Source: Ruminococcus sp. (GTDB taxonomy: Bacteria > Bacillota > Clostridia > Oscillospirales > Acutalibacteraceae). Taken from it: 64,000 bases of DNA. Location of the stretch: contig JAFUJH010000050.1 in assembly GCA_017473775.1 (NCBI GenBank), positions 3,455-67,454 of the forward strand, written 5' to 3'. Positions 45,538 through 53,571 of the stretch are shown here, piece after piece. The stretch's first letter is position 1. Every line of letters starts with the position of its first letter. Both the position numbers and the translations under genes were made by a program. The notes beneath the pieces are model-generated. The model saw only the letters and a list, made by a program, of their open reading frames with translations. It made no database searches and had not been told where the DNA came from.

Positions 45538-45548
45538 CGGAGGTTAAT

Positions 45549-45881
45549 ATGAATATCAGTTTTAATGGTTTTATGGAAAACACAGTTACCTTTCAGTGTG
45601 ATGAAAGTGTCAAGGCAGGTGCACCTGTAAGCATCTGCCAAAGCGGTATGGTAACAGCCTGTGCAGATGGCGACAAAATCTGCGGTGTGTGCCTGAGTGT
45701 ACGCGAGGGCTACGCGGCGGTCCAGCTCAAGGGCTTTGTTGAGTTACCTGTAAGCGGTGAGGTGGCTACAGGCTATGTGAGCATTGCATCCGATGCTGAC
45801 GGTAAGGTGAAGGTAAGCGACAGCGGTGTGCAGGTGCTGTGTGTAAGCACAGAGGGCGACACTGCAGGCTTTATTCTTTAA
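45549..45881 (+). CDS. Small head-associated protein (DUF2190-like, decoration/cement candidate)
   Basis: 110 aa, Gly/Val-rich beta protein located between the scaffold and capsid genes. Confidence 0.45.
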   Translation: MNISFNGFMENTVTFQCDESVKAGAPVSICQSGMVTACADGDKICGVCLSVREGYAAVQLKGFVELPVSGEVATGYVSIASDADGKVKVSDSGVQVLCVSTEGDTAGFIL

Positions 45882-45901
45882 TGTAAAGGAGAAGATATAG
45901 A

Positions 45902-46912
45902 ATGGCTAATTATGAAAAAATCTCTCTGGAGAGAGGTATGTATTCCTACAGCGGCAAGAGTATGACAGATATCTTAGAGGAGCTTGACCCCTCTGCTAAT
46001 TATGCAGGCAGTGAGCTTGAGGGTCTGGATGCATTCTCCCGTCAGCTCAAGCGTTTTGACATCAGAGTAAGCGGTGCAAAGTCTGACCCTGTGGAGAAGT
46101 TCTTTGCTACTACTGATTCTGCGGCACTGTTCCCTGAATATGTGTGCCGTGCAGTAAGACAGGGTATGGAGCAGGCAGATGTTCTGTCCGATATTATTGC
46201 GGCTAAGACTACAATCAACGGTATGGACTACAGAAGCATCACATCAACTCCCACTGATGACGAGAAGTCACTGGTAAGGGTATCTGAGGGTGCGTATATT
46301 CCTCAGACAAAGGTATCTACACAGGAGAATCTGGTGAAGCTTCACAAGCGAGGCAGAATGCTTGTAACCTCTTACGAGGCGTTGCGTTTTCAGCGACTTG
46401 ACCTGTTCACAGTGACACTGAAGCAGATTGGTGCTTACATTGCCCGTGCACAGCTCAAGGATGCAATTGATGTGCTTATCAACGGCGACGGTAACGGTAA
46501 TCCCTGCAAGGGTATCACAGCAGTGAACACAGGCGATATCTCTTACAGCGACCTTGTGTCTCTTTGGGCTGAGCTTTCTCCCTATGAGATGACAACAATC
46601 CTTGCTCCTACAGATGCTATGGTGAAGCTCCTGTCTGTGTCAGAGCTGAAGGATGCAACAGCTTCTCAGGACTTCCACGGCTCGGGCAAGATGGTGACAC
46701 CTCTGGGTGCAAAGCTTATCCATACTACTGCAATGCCTGAGGGTACTATCATTGCTATTGATAAAAACTGTGCACTGGAGATGGTACAGGCAGGTGAGAT
46801 TATCACTGACTATGACAAGCTTATCGACAGACAGCTTGAGCGTGCTACTATCAGCTGTATCTCAGGCTTTGCTAAAATCTTCACCGATGCAGGTGTGAAG
46901 CTCACCTACTGA
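45902..46912 (+). CDS. Major capsid protein (HK97-fold family)
   Basis: 336 aa. Position and sequence pattern are typical of PBSX/XkdG-like capsid proteins. Confidence 0.75.
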   Translation: MANYEKISLERGMYSYSGKSMTDILEELDPSANYAGSELEGLDAFSRQLKRFDIRVSGAKSDPVEKFFATTDSAALFPEYVCRAVRQGMEQADVLSDIIAAKTTINGMDYRSITSTPTDDEKSLVRVSEGAYIPQTKVSTQENLVKLHKRGRMLVTSYEALRFQRLDLFTVTLKQIGAYIARAQLKDAIDVLINGDGNGNPCKGITAVNTGDISYSDLVSLWAELSPYEMTTILAPTDAMVKLLSVSELKDATASQDFHGSGKMVTPLGAKLIHTTAMPEGTIIAIDKNCALEMVQAGEIITDYDKLIDRQLERATISCISGFAKIFTDAGVKLTY

Positions 46913-46927
46913 TAAGGAGGTTTAGGC

Positions 46928-47296
46928 TTGAGACTGAACGAGGTTATTAACAGGTTTGCGCTTGTGTCGGGTCTTGAGCCCGGTGAGGTTACAAGATGGA
47001 CTCCTGTTTGCATTGATGCGATGAACGAGTTAAAGAGCAAGCTCCTGCCTGATGCACTGAGCAGTGAGGAAAACATCCTGAGGCTGTCTGCCTGTGCAGG
47101 AGTGCTTGCCTACTACAGATACTGCCTGTATAAATCGGGCAGTGAGCCTAAGTCCTTTACTGCAGGAGCAGTGAGCGTTACTGTGTCTGAGCTTGATGTG
47201 GAGAAGGCGTACAAGCTCTGGGAGTTTGAGAAAAAGTCTGTGGAGAATCTGCTTGCATCCTCTGAGGATTTCTGCTTTAAGAGGGTGAAGGTATGA
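46928..47296 (+). CDS. Head-tail connector protein
   Basis: TTG start behind AAGGAGG, 122 aa, XkdH position. Confidence 0.5.
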   Translation: MRLNEVINRFALVSGLEPGEVTRWTPVCIDAMNELKSKLLPDALSSEENILRLSACAGVLAYYRYCLYKSGSEPKSFTAGAVSVTVSELDVEKAYKLWEFEKKSVENLLASSEDFCFKRVKV

Positions 47297-47652
47297 GTGT
47301 GTATAAATGCATCGATGATATGATTTATAAGTACGGCTGTGATGTAACTGTTAAGGATAAGTTCGGCTCCTTTGACGGTAAGGCGATAATCCAGCCGCTG
47401 ATGTATAAAAACAAGATGTACCTTGGCGGAGAATACCTGCCTGCCGGTTACTATGATGCAGGGCACTACCTGATGATTGCACCCTGTGACGGATTTATCC
47501 GCGACTACAGAAGCACCCTTATTATTCAGGGCGATGTGACCTATACCGTAAAACGCAGTGAGAGAGTCAGTGCAGATAACACAGACCTGTACATATGGGC
47601 AGTGCTGACTCTCTACTCTGCACCGTCGGAGGATGATTATGCTCAGACCTGA
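47293..47652 (+). CDS. Head-closure / neck protein
   Basis: ATGA overlap with the upstream gene, 119 aa, XkdI position. Confidence 0.45.
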   Translation: MSVYKCIDDMIYKYGCDVTVKDKFGSFDGKAIIQPLMYKNKMYLGGEYLPAGYYDAGHYLMIAPCDGFIRDYRSTLIIQGDVTYTVKRSERVSADNTDLYIWAVLTLYSAPSEDDYAQT

Positions 47653-48421
47653 GAATGAATTGGATTTATTTGTAAGAGGACTCAAAAAGCTTGAGTCCTT
47701 CAAGGGTGTCAGGTTTATCCACGCCAGAAAACCCATAATGCCTGAAAAGCCTGTGGAGAGCTTCTTCGTTGCCTGCTCGGTAGGTACAGTGCATAAGGAA
47801 AAGAATACAGCAGGCAACAGAAGGTTTGAGGCACAGCTTGAGTTTAATATCTATGCTCCCTATACAAAGGGTGCAAGGGAGCTCGGAGTGCTTGCGGTGA
47901 GCCTAATGGACGGGCTTGACAGACTTGACTCTGAGGGTAAGCTTTCGGACATAAAAATATCTGACCCTGCATATGACAAAAACCTTTGTACTCAGTACCA
48001 GAAGGTGGAGGCAACGCTTTTGTGGGAGATAGTACCTGAGACTCCTGAGGAGTTGCCGCTGAGCAGTACAATGCCCATTACTGTCAACGGGGTACAGGTA
48101 CAGGCGGTGTCTGCCGTATATCAGGCGAGCGAGGATGTGTATGTGCTCAGAGAGCTCCTTGCAGGAGAAACAGACAGGTACATATCCAAGGGGAAGGCTT
48201 ATAAGCTGAGCATCACCGTGGAATCGGTGAGGGACCCCTTCAGGGATATGGGAACCTTTGATATTTCCTATGCTTTGGCAGGCACGGTGCGTAGCTTTGC
48301 AGGATGCAGAGTGACTAAAATAACAGAGAGCAGAAATTCAGACAATGTGCCTGTGAGGGAGTATGAGTTCTTCACAAGGCAGAGTGATTTCAGAGAGGAG
48401 AGCGGTGAGCAGAATGAATGA
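47633..48421 (+). CDS. Neck/tail-completion-like protein with an extra C-terminal domain of about 120 aa
   Basis: 262 aa (alternative ATG at 47639 behind GGAGGA). The N-terminal half resembles tail-completion proteins. The C-terminal half has no assigned family. Confidence 0.45.
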   Translation: MIMLRPENELDLFVRGLKKLESFKGVRFIHARKPIMPEKPVESFFVACSVGTVHKEKNTAGNRRFEAQLEFNIYAPYTKGARELGVLAVSLMDGLDRLDSEGKLSDIKISDPAYDKNLCTQYQKVEATLLWEIVPETPEELPLSSTMPITVNGVQVQAVSAVYQASEDVYVLRELLAGETDRYISKGKAYKLSITVESVRDPFRDMGTFDISYALAGTVRSFAGCRVTKITESRNSDNVPVREYEFFTRQSDFREESGEQNE

Positions 48422-48542
48422 ATATTTTTCAGATGTGGCATATATGCAGGAGTCAGCAGAGGAGCTGAGCCTTGCTTTTGAGCGTGACTCAAGACGCTAC
48501 AGCCGCTTTATTTCTGAGGATGAGGAGGATGCACAGTGGTAA
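48414..48542 (+). CDS. 42-aa acidic ORF occupying the slot where sheath/tube/tape-measure genes normally lie
   Basis: MNEYFSDVAYMQESAEELSLAFERDSRRYSRFISEDEEDAQW. Its ATG overlaps the upstream stop (ATGAATGA). Not in the ORF track because it is under 60 aa. Confidence 0.35.
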   Translation: MNEYFSDVAYMQESAEELSLAFERDSRRYSRFISEDEEDAQW

Positions 48543-48550
48543 TCTCAAAT

Positions 48551-49054
48551 ATGCGGTTTGATTCCTTTGAGTGGGCTCACAATCCCCTCACGGTTCAGGT
48601 TACACACAAACGGAGAATGACTCAGCAGAATATGGCAGGAGGCGGCAGCTTTGTAAGCAATGCAGGCTGTGAGCTGAAGGTTATAAAGGGCAAAGGTGAG
48701 CTTGCAGGAGAGAACTGCACACAGGAGTTTCAGCGGCTTTGCGATTTGTTTGAAAGAGGAAAAAGAGGACTCCTGACTCTGCCCTTTATGGCTCCTTTTT
48801 ATGCATACTTTACGGATTTGTCGCTGACAGGTGAGCCTACCCCTGAGCTTATTACTTATACCTTTGAGTTTACCCAGGCAGAGAACTCAGAGTATGCCCT
48901 CACAGCTGACGGAGAGGCTGTTGTTAAGGAGTCAGAGACTCTGTTTGATATAGCTTACAGATGCGGTGTGGATGTAGAGGAGCTTGTAAGGCTCAATCCG
49001 CAGATAAAGCGTCCTGATGAATTAACTGCAGGAGAGGTGGTGAGGCTGTGCTGA
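48551..49054 (+). CDS. LysM-domain baseplate/tail protein (XkdP / P2 gpX-like)
   Basis: C-terminal LysM (TLFDIAYRCGVDVEELVRLNPQIKRPDELTAGEVVRL). Confidence 0.65.
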   Translation: MRFDSFEWAHNPLTVQVTHKRRMTQQNMAGGGSFVSNAGCELKVIKGKGELAGENCTQEFQRLCDLFERGKRGLLTLPFMAPFYAYFTDLSLTGEPTPELITYTFEFTQAENSEYALTADGEAVVKESETLFDIAYRCGVDVEELVRLNPQIKRPDELTAGEVVRLC

Positions 49055-49983
49055 CCTTTATGGGAGTAAACACAAGGGGAGAGAGGCTCAGCCTCCCTTC
49101 CCCTGTGGAGGCGGTGCTGTGTCGGGATGCAGGTACTCCTGCAGACAGCCTGACAGCAGTGTTCCCCTGTGTTATTTACGATGAACTTTGCTATATAGCC
49201 GTGTATAAAGACGGCAAAGAAATTTTCAGCGGTATTGTGGACGAGCAGATTACAGTCTCGGGAGAGAATGTAAAGACTAAGCTTGTATGCAGAAGTATGG
49301 CGGCACTGCTTGTTGACAACGAGGCACAGCCTTGTACCTTCAGGGATGTGTCGGCTTCTCTAATCTTCAGCAGATATGTAAAGCCCTTGGGGTTTGCAAG
49401 CTTTACAGGTGAGGACAAAACTCTCAGGGGTGAGTTCAGGGTAGCAAAGGGTGAGTCCTGCTGGCAGGTGCTTGAGGATTTCTGCAGTAAAGCCTATGGT
49501 GTGTTTCCCGTTGTGGAAGGCAACAGGGTGTATATGCAGGGCACAGAGGGTAACAAAGAATGTCTTGTGTTCTCAGATAAAGGTGACGGTATTGCCTACA
49601 GCAACCTTGAGCACAACCTGCTTCGTTGCAAGCTTATATCCTGTGTCAGGTGCAAGGTGACACAGGGAGAGGATTATACCTCATATATCTGCAATGAGGA
49701 TGCACAGGCAAGAGGTGTGCTCAGAGAGAGGTACTTAAATGCCGATGAACTGTCAGGCAAGAGCCTTGCTGATGCAGACAAGCTTATAGTATCAGCAAGA
49801 GCCAAAGCAGAGAAGTTTACATTGCTTGTGCCTCAATGTATGACGGATATACCGGGTGCACAGGCGGTTGTGTGTGACAGTGCTGTGGGTGAACACAGGG
49901 GGCTTTATGTGACAGGTATAAGGTACAGCCTGAACAGTACGGGAGAGACAACAAGACTTACATTGATGAGAAAGGAGAACTGA
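49048..49983 (+). CDS. Baseplate hub protein (XkdQ / late-control gpD-like)
   Basis: 311 aa. Overlaps the LysM gene and follows it as in PBSX/P2. Confidence 0.55.
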   Translation: MLTFMGVNTRGERLSLPSPVEAVLCRDAGTPADSLTAVFPCVIYDELCYIAVYKDGKEIFSGIVDEQITVSGENVKTKLVCRSMAALLVDNEAQPCTFRDVSASLIFSRYVKPLGFASFTGEDKTLRGEFRVAKGESCWQVLEDFCSKAYGVFPVVEGNRVYMQGTEGNKECLVFSDKGDGIAYSNLEHNLLRCKLISCVRCKVTQGEDYTSYICNEDAQARGVLRERYLNADELSGKSLADADKLIVSARAKAEKFTLLVPQCMTDIPGAQAVVCDSAVGEHRGLYVTGIRYSLNSTGETTRLTLMRKEN

Positions 49984-49984
49984 T

Positions 49985-50329
49985 ATGTGGCTTACATCCT
50001 TTATGGCAAAAAATATTAAAGATAAAAAGGCAGTGTCCGCAGGAAGCGTCACAGCGACTCGGGACGGTAGGGTTGAGGTTGACTCAGCCTCCCGTCATCT
50101 TAATTTGCCTGTGGTTGCACCCTACGGAGTTGTGTATGTGCCCCCTGTAGGAGAGCAGGCGGTGCTGGTGTCTACATCCATGGGAGATGCCTGTGTAGGA
50201 GTTGTGAATCAGAAAGCACAGGGCCTCAGTCCCGGTGAGCTTATGCTGTGCTCTGCAGGAGGAGCTTCTATAGTTCTCAGAAACGACGGCACTGTGCTTA
50301 TTAACGGAACGGAATTCGGAGGTGCATAA
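49985..50329 (+). CDS. Baseplate spike/plug protein (gpV/Gp45-like, XkdR position)
   Basis: 114 aa with the pattern GDACVGVVN...PGELMLCSAGGASIVLRNDGTVLING. Confidence 0.55.
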   Translation: MWLTSFMAKNIKDKKAVSAGSVTATRDGRVEVDSASRHLNLPVVAPYGVVYVPPVGEQAVLVSTSMGDACVGVVNQKAQGLSPGELMLCSAGGASIVLRNDGTVLINGTEFGGA

Positions 50330-50670
50330 TGGATATAAAAATCAAAGACGGAGATATAGTGCTTGACAGCACAGGAGAAGCAGTTGAGATTCAGGGGGAT
50401 GAAGCTGTGCTGCAGCAGGTTATTATGTGCATTACCGCAGAAAAAGGCGGTTTTATATATAACAAGGATATGGGTGTGCCGCCTGTGACGGATGTATCGG
50501 GCGAGCGTGAGTGCAAACGCCTTGAGGCGTTGCTTCGTGAAGCAGTAAGCTCTGTGGAGGGTGCAAGGTTGTACCTTGACGAGGTGGAGCAGCTTGTAGA
50601 CGGCAGAAGCCTTGCAAGCATTACAGTGACCTATAAGGATAGCATTATGCCTGTGGAGGTGATTATCTGA
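50329..50670 (+). CDS. Baseplate wedge protein (gpW/gp25-like, XkdS position)
   Basis: 113 aa with a TAATG overlap. Sits immediately before the baseplate J gene. Confidence 0.55.
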   Translation: MDIKIKDGDIVLDSTGEAVEIQGDEAVLQQVIMCITAEKGGFIYNKDMGVPPVTDVSGERECKRLEALLREAVSSVEGARLYLDEVEQLVDGRSLASITVTYKDSIMPVEVII

Positions 50671-51737
50671 TGGAAAGCTACAACAGCATCCTCAGCAGGA
50701 TGAAGAATAAATACGCAGAGCTGTCGGGTAATACCCCCTCGGATAATTCTGATATATCTGTGAGGCTTTCTGTGCTTGCAGGAGAGATATACTCATCCCT
50801 TGTGAATATGGAGTGGCTCAAGCGTCAGATGTTTGCATCCACTGCACAGGGGGAGTACCTTGACCTTCACGCACAGGAAAGAGGTCTTGTGAGGCGTCAG
50901 CCATCCTGTGCGGTGGGCAGTGTAATCTTCTCTGTTTCAGAGCCTGCAGTTGCGGATATTAATATCCCTGCAGGTACAGTGGTGGCTACACAGGAGGAGA
51001 CACCACTCAGGTTTGAAACCACGCAAGCGGTGGTTATCCCTGTGGGAGCAACCTCTGCTCACGCACAGATAAAAGCAACGGACACAGGCAGAAAATACAA
51101 TGTATCCGCAGGCAAGATTACGGTTATGGTTACACCTCCTGCTTCTGTGGAGTCGGTCACAAACCCTGACCCGTGTATATCGGGTACGGATACAGAAGGT
51201 GACGAAAGCCTCAGAGCAAGGATAATCGAAAGCTACAAATTTGCATCCAACGGCACAAACTGCGCTTATTACAAGACAGAAGCCTTACAGGTTGAGGGGG
51301 TTGCAGGTGCAGGGGTTGTGCCCAGAGGCAGAGGTGCAGGCACTGTGGATGTGTATATCTCAGGCGAAGGCACAGAAGTGTCTGAGGAGGTTATTGCACA
51401 GGTGCAGGAGAAGCTTCAGCTGTTGCGTGAGGTTAATGTGGATGTTATGGTGTACTCAGCAGAGAGCGAGAGCGTTAATATGCTCATTTATCTTGATGTA
51501 GAGGACGGCTACGAGTTTGACGAGGTAAAGGATAACTGTACTGATGCCATTACGGAGTACATAGGCAGTCGGGGAGTAGGCGGCTCGGTGCTTCTCAATC
51601 AGATTGTGGATTTACTGTTTCACCTTGAGGGTGTCAGGGATTTCTATATCCCCTCAGGCTCAAACTATAACATCAGATGTGCCGAGAACAAATTCCCTGT
51701 GGCAGGTAGTATCAGATTTGTAGAGGGTGTTGAATAA
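50670..51737 (+). CDS. Baseplate J-like protein (XkdT)
   Basis: 355 aa with a Baseplate_J pattern (GEYLDLHAQERGL...). TGATG overlap. Confidence 0.7.
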   Translation: MESYNSILSRMKNKYAELSGNTPSDNSDISVRLSVLAGEIYSSLVNMEWLKRQMFASTAQGEYLDLHAQERGLVRRQPSCAVGSVIFSVSEPAVADINIPAGTVVATQEETPLRFETTQAVVIPVGATSAHAQIKATDTGRKYNVSAGKITVMVTPPASVESVTNPDPCISGTDTEGDESLRARIIESYKFASNGTNCAYYKTEALQVEGVAGAGVVPRGRGAGTVDVYISGEGTEVSEEVIAQVQEKLQLLREVNVDVMVYSAESESVNMLIYLDVEDGYEFDEVKDNCTDAITEYIGSRGVGGSVLLNQIVDLLFHLEGVRDFYIPSGSNYNIRCAENKFPVAGSIRFVEGVE

Positions 51738-52306
51738 TGAGCGTACTGGATTCATTGATTCTAAGGCATCAGCCCTTACGGATATATAATATAACCGAGG
51801 ACAGCAACCTTCATCGCGAGCTTGAGTGCTACGCCGAGGGGCTTACACTGTTAAGGCAGGAGCTTGGTACTATGCTCACAGAGTGTTTCTATGCAACAGC
51901 CGAGAGCTACGGGCTTGAAAATGCAGAGCGGATGTGGGGTAGGGTGAGAGATGACCTGAGCCTTCAAAAACGCCGACAGATGCTTATAGACAGAAGCTCC
52001 TTCGGATATGATGATTTTACTTTGCAGGGTATACAGAAGCTGATGAGCTTTCTGGGTATAGACGGAATTGTGTATGAGTATCCCATGGCTTTGAGAATGG
52101 TGATAGATACCAAGAGTAAGGATTACACTCAGGGTCAGAAGAACTGGATATATGCACAGCTTGCCGCTCTGCTTCCTGCTCATTTGGAGATTGATGTGCT
52201 GTGGGGAGACTTCTGCTTTAATGATATAGAGAATAAAAATCTTACCTTTGACCTGATGGATGCAAAGGGGCTCATCTGGTCAGAGATTGATGTATACGAG
52301 GAATAA
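51737..52306 (+). CDS. Tail/baseplate protein, DUF2313 (XkdU / YmfQ / gpI-like)
   Basis: 189 aa with TAATG overlap and an N-terminal pattern typical of YmfQ-like proteins. Confidence 0.6.
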   Translation: MSVLDSLILRHQPLRIYNITEDSNLHRELECYAEGLTLLRQELGTMLTECFYATAESYGLENAERMWGRVRDDLSLQKRRQMLIDRSSFGYDDFTLQGIQKLMSFLGIDGIVYEYPMALRMVIDTKSKDYTQGQKNWIYAQLAALLPAHLEIDVLWGDFCFNDIENKNLTFDLMDAKGLIWSEIDVYEE

Positions 52307-52317
52307 GGAGAGTAAAT

Positions 52318-52788
52318 ATGCCATCAGCAAACAAAACGGAACGGTTGGGGCTTAACCTGTGGGAAGGCACAGACAGACCCCAGAGAAACGACTTCAACAG
52401 TGATAACGCCATCATTGAGCAGGTGCTTGGTGACCATATGGAGGATACGGATATCCACCTGACCTCTGATGAAAAAACCAGAGTCAAAAGACCTATGGTG
52501 ACAGTGTCGTACCTTGGTGACGGGGAGGCAGAGCGTGTAGTTACACTGCCTGCTGTGGTCACATCGGTGATTATCTTTTGCGACAGCACTCCCTGTGCGG
52601 TTATGGATTCTGCCACAGATTGTGTCAGAAACTATATGGGCTTTTCTATGTACGGGGCAGGGTCATCTGCAGGTGTGGACTTTACACTCAGTTCACTTAC
52701 GGTGACTCAGGATGCAGAGGCAACAAACGGAGCCATGACCTGTCTTAACGAGGACTCAAAGACCTACAGGGTAATCGGCTTCAGATAA
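52318..52788 (+). CDS. Very short tail-fibre-like protein
   Basis: 156 aa. The N-terminus KTERLGLNLWEGTDRPQRNDFNSDNAIIEQVL resembles the conserved N-terminal adaptor of Firmicute phage fibres. Last gene of the cluster. Confidence 0.45.
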   Translation: MPSANKTERLGLNLWEGTDRPQRNDFNSDNAIIEQVLGDHMEDTDIHLTSDEKTRVKRPMVTVSYLGDGEAERVVTLPAVVTSVIIFCDSTPCAVMDSATDCVRNYMGFSMYGAGSSAGVDFTLSSLTVTQDAEATNGAMTCLNEDSKTYRVIGFR

Positions 52789-52813
52789 AACAATATAACA
52801 AATTGGGGATTGT

Positions 52814-52850
52814 TCGCCGTCTTGTGTATCAAGGCGGCGATTGTTTATGT
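52814..52850 (+). terminator. Terminator ending the phage-like operon
   Basis: TCGCCGTCTTG tgtat CAAGGCGGCGA, followed by a T-rich tail. Confidence 0.65.
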
Positions 52851-53203
52851 GTAAATCCTTGTGCAGAAAATATGCGTGAAGAAACCCACCTACCATTCGA
52901 GGGGCTTTTTTGTGGTGATTGGCATTATTTGCACAGATTATGGCAGTCAATTGACGAGTTCTACAAAAGATTTAGGATATTTTTGGTAGGTTTGATGTTT
53001 ACAATTTTGTTGTAAATTTTACAATCCATGATATAATTATATGTATAAAATAGCAAAATTATCTAAACTGGTATCATAATGTTTGCTATTTTTATTAAGT
53101 TTTTCCTCTCAGAGCCGATTTTCACTGAGATTTGGCTTTTTACATAAATCGTCACGGTTTTACTGTGGCTATACATTATTATGTGGCTGTGGAAAATATC
53201 CGT

Positions 53204-53337
53204 GCCTCCCTCTGATGAGGGAGGTGGATTTTGCCGAAGGCAAAAGACGGAGGGAGAGAAAAATGCAGATGCATTATGAAGTTTTAACTACCCCTCAGTC
53301 ACCTGAGGTGACAGCTCCCCTGACAAGGGGAGCCATG
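53204..53337 (+). repeat. Type A modular hairpin repeat, full copy
   Basis: gcctccctctgatgagggaggtggATTTTGCCgaaGGCAAAAgacggagggagag ... cccctcaGTCACCtgaGGTGACagctcccctgacaaggggagccatggg. Confidence 0.9.
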
Positions 53338-53571
53338 GGTGCCACTTTATAGACAAACTAAAATATAGGTAGATAATGCCGAGGCTTTATCTGGCAGCCT
53401 GTATAATGTGCGAAGTATGGATATTCACTGTGCTTCGCAAGGAGTACACCGTACTTTGCGTATTGTATAGGTTGTCCGAAACCTCCGGTGGTCAGACGGC
53501 AGGCAAAGACTAATGGCATTTCGCAAATAACAAAAAACAAAACTTAAAATCTTTAAGGAGGAAAAATTCTT

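Larger units (their letters stand above)
41676..52788 (+). mobile_element. Phage-derived structural gene cluster (PBSX-like head + baseplate modules) with no recognisable sheath, tube, tape-measure, lysis, integrase or regulator gene
   Basis: 17 co-oriented ORFs with pervasive start/stop overlaps. The gene order matches xtmA-xtmB-xkdE-F-G-H-I-J ... xkdP-Q-R-S-T-U. Confidence 0.8.

Noticed and set aside
41385-53200. att-type direct repeats, an integrase or a tRNA target flanking the phage-like cluster
   Set aside because: I saw no tRNA gene, recombinase ORF or matching direct repeat at the two borders. The only shared flanking sequences are the dispersed type A/B repeats, which occur throughout the window.
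53400-53571. c-di-GMP riboswitch in the leader of the giant surface-protein gene
   Set aside because: There are only loose resemblances (GGCAAAG, CCGG segments). I could not place the conserved GEMM-I or GEMM-II cores by eye. It is retained only as something to test with covariance models.
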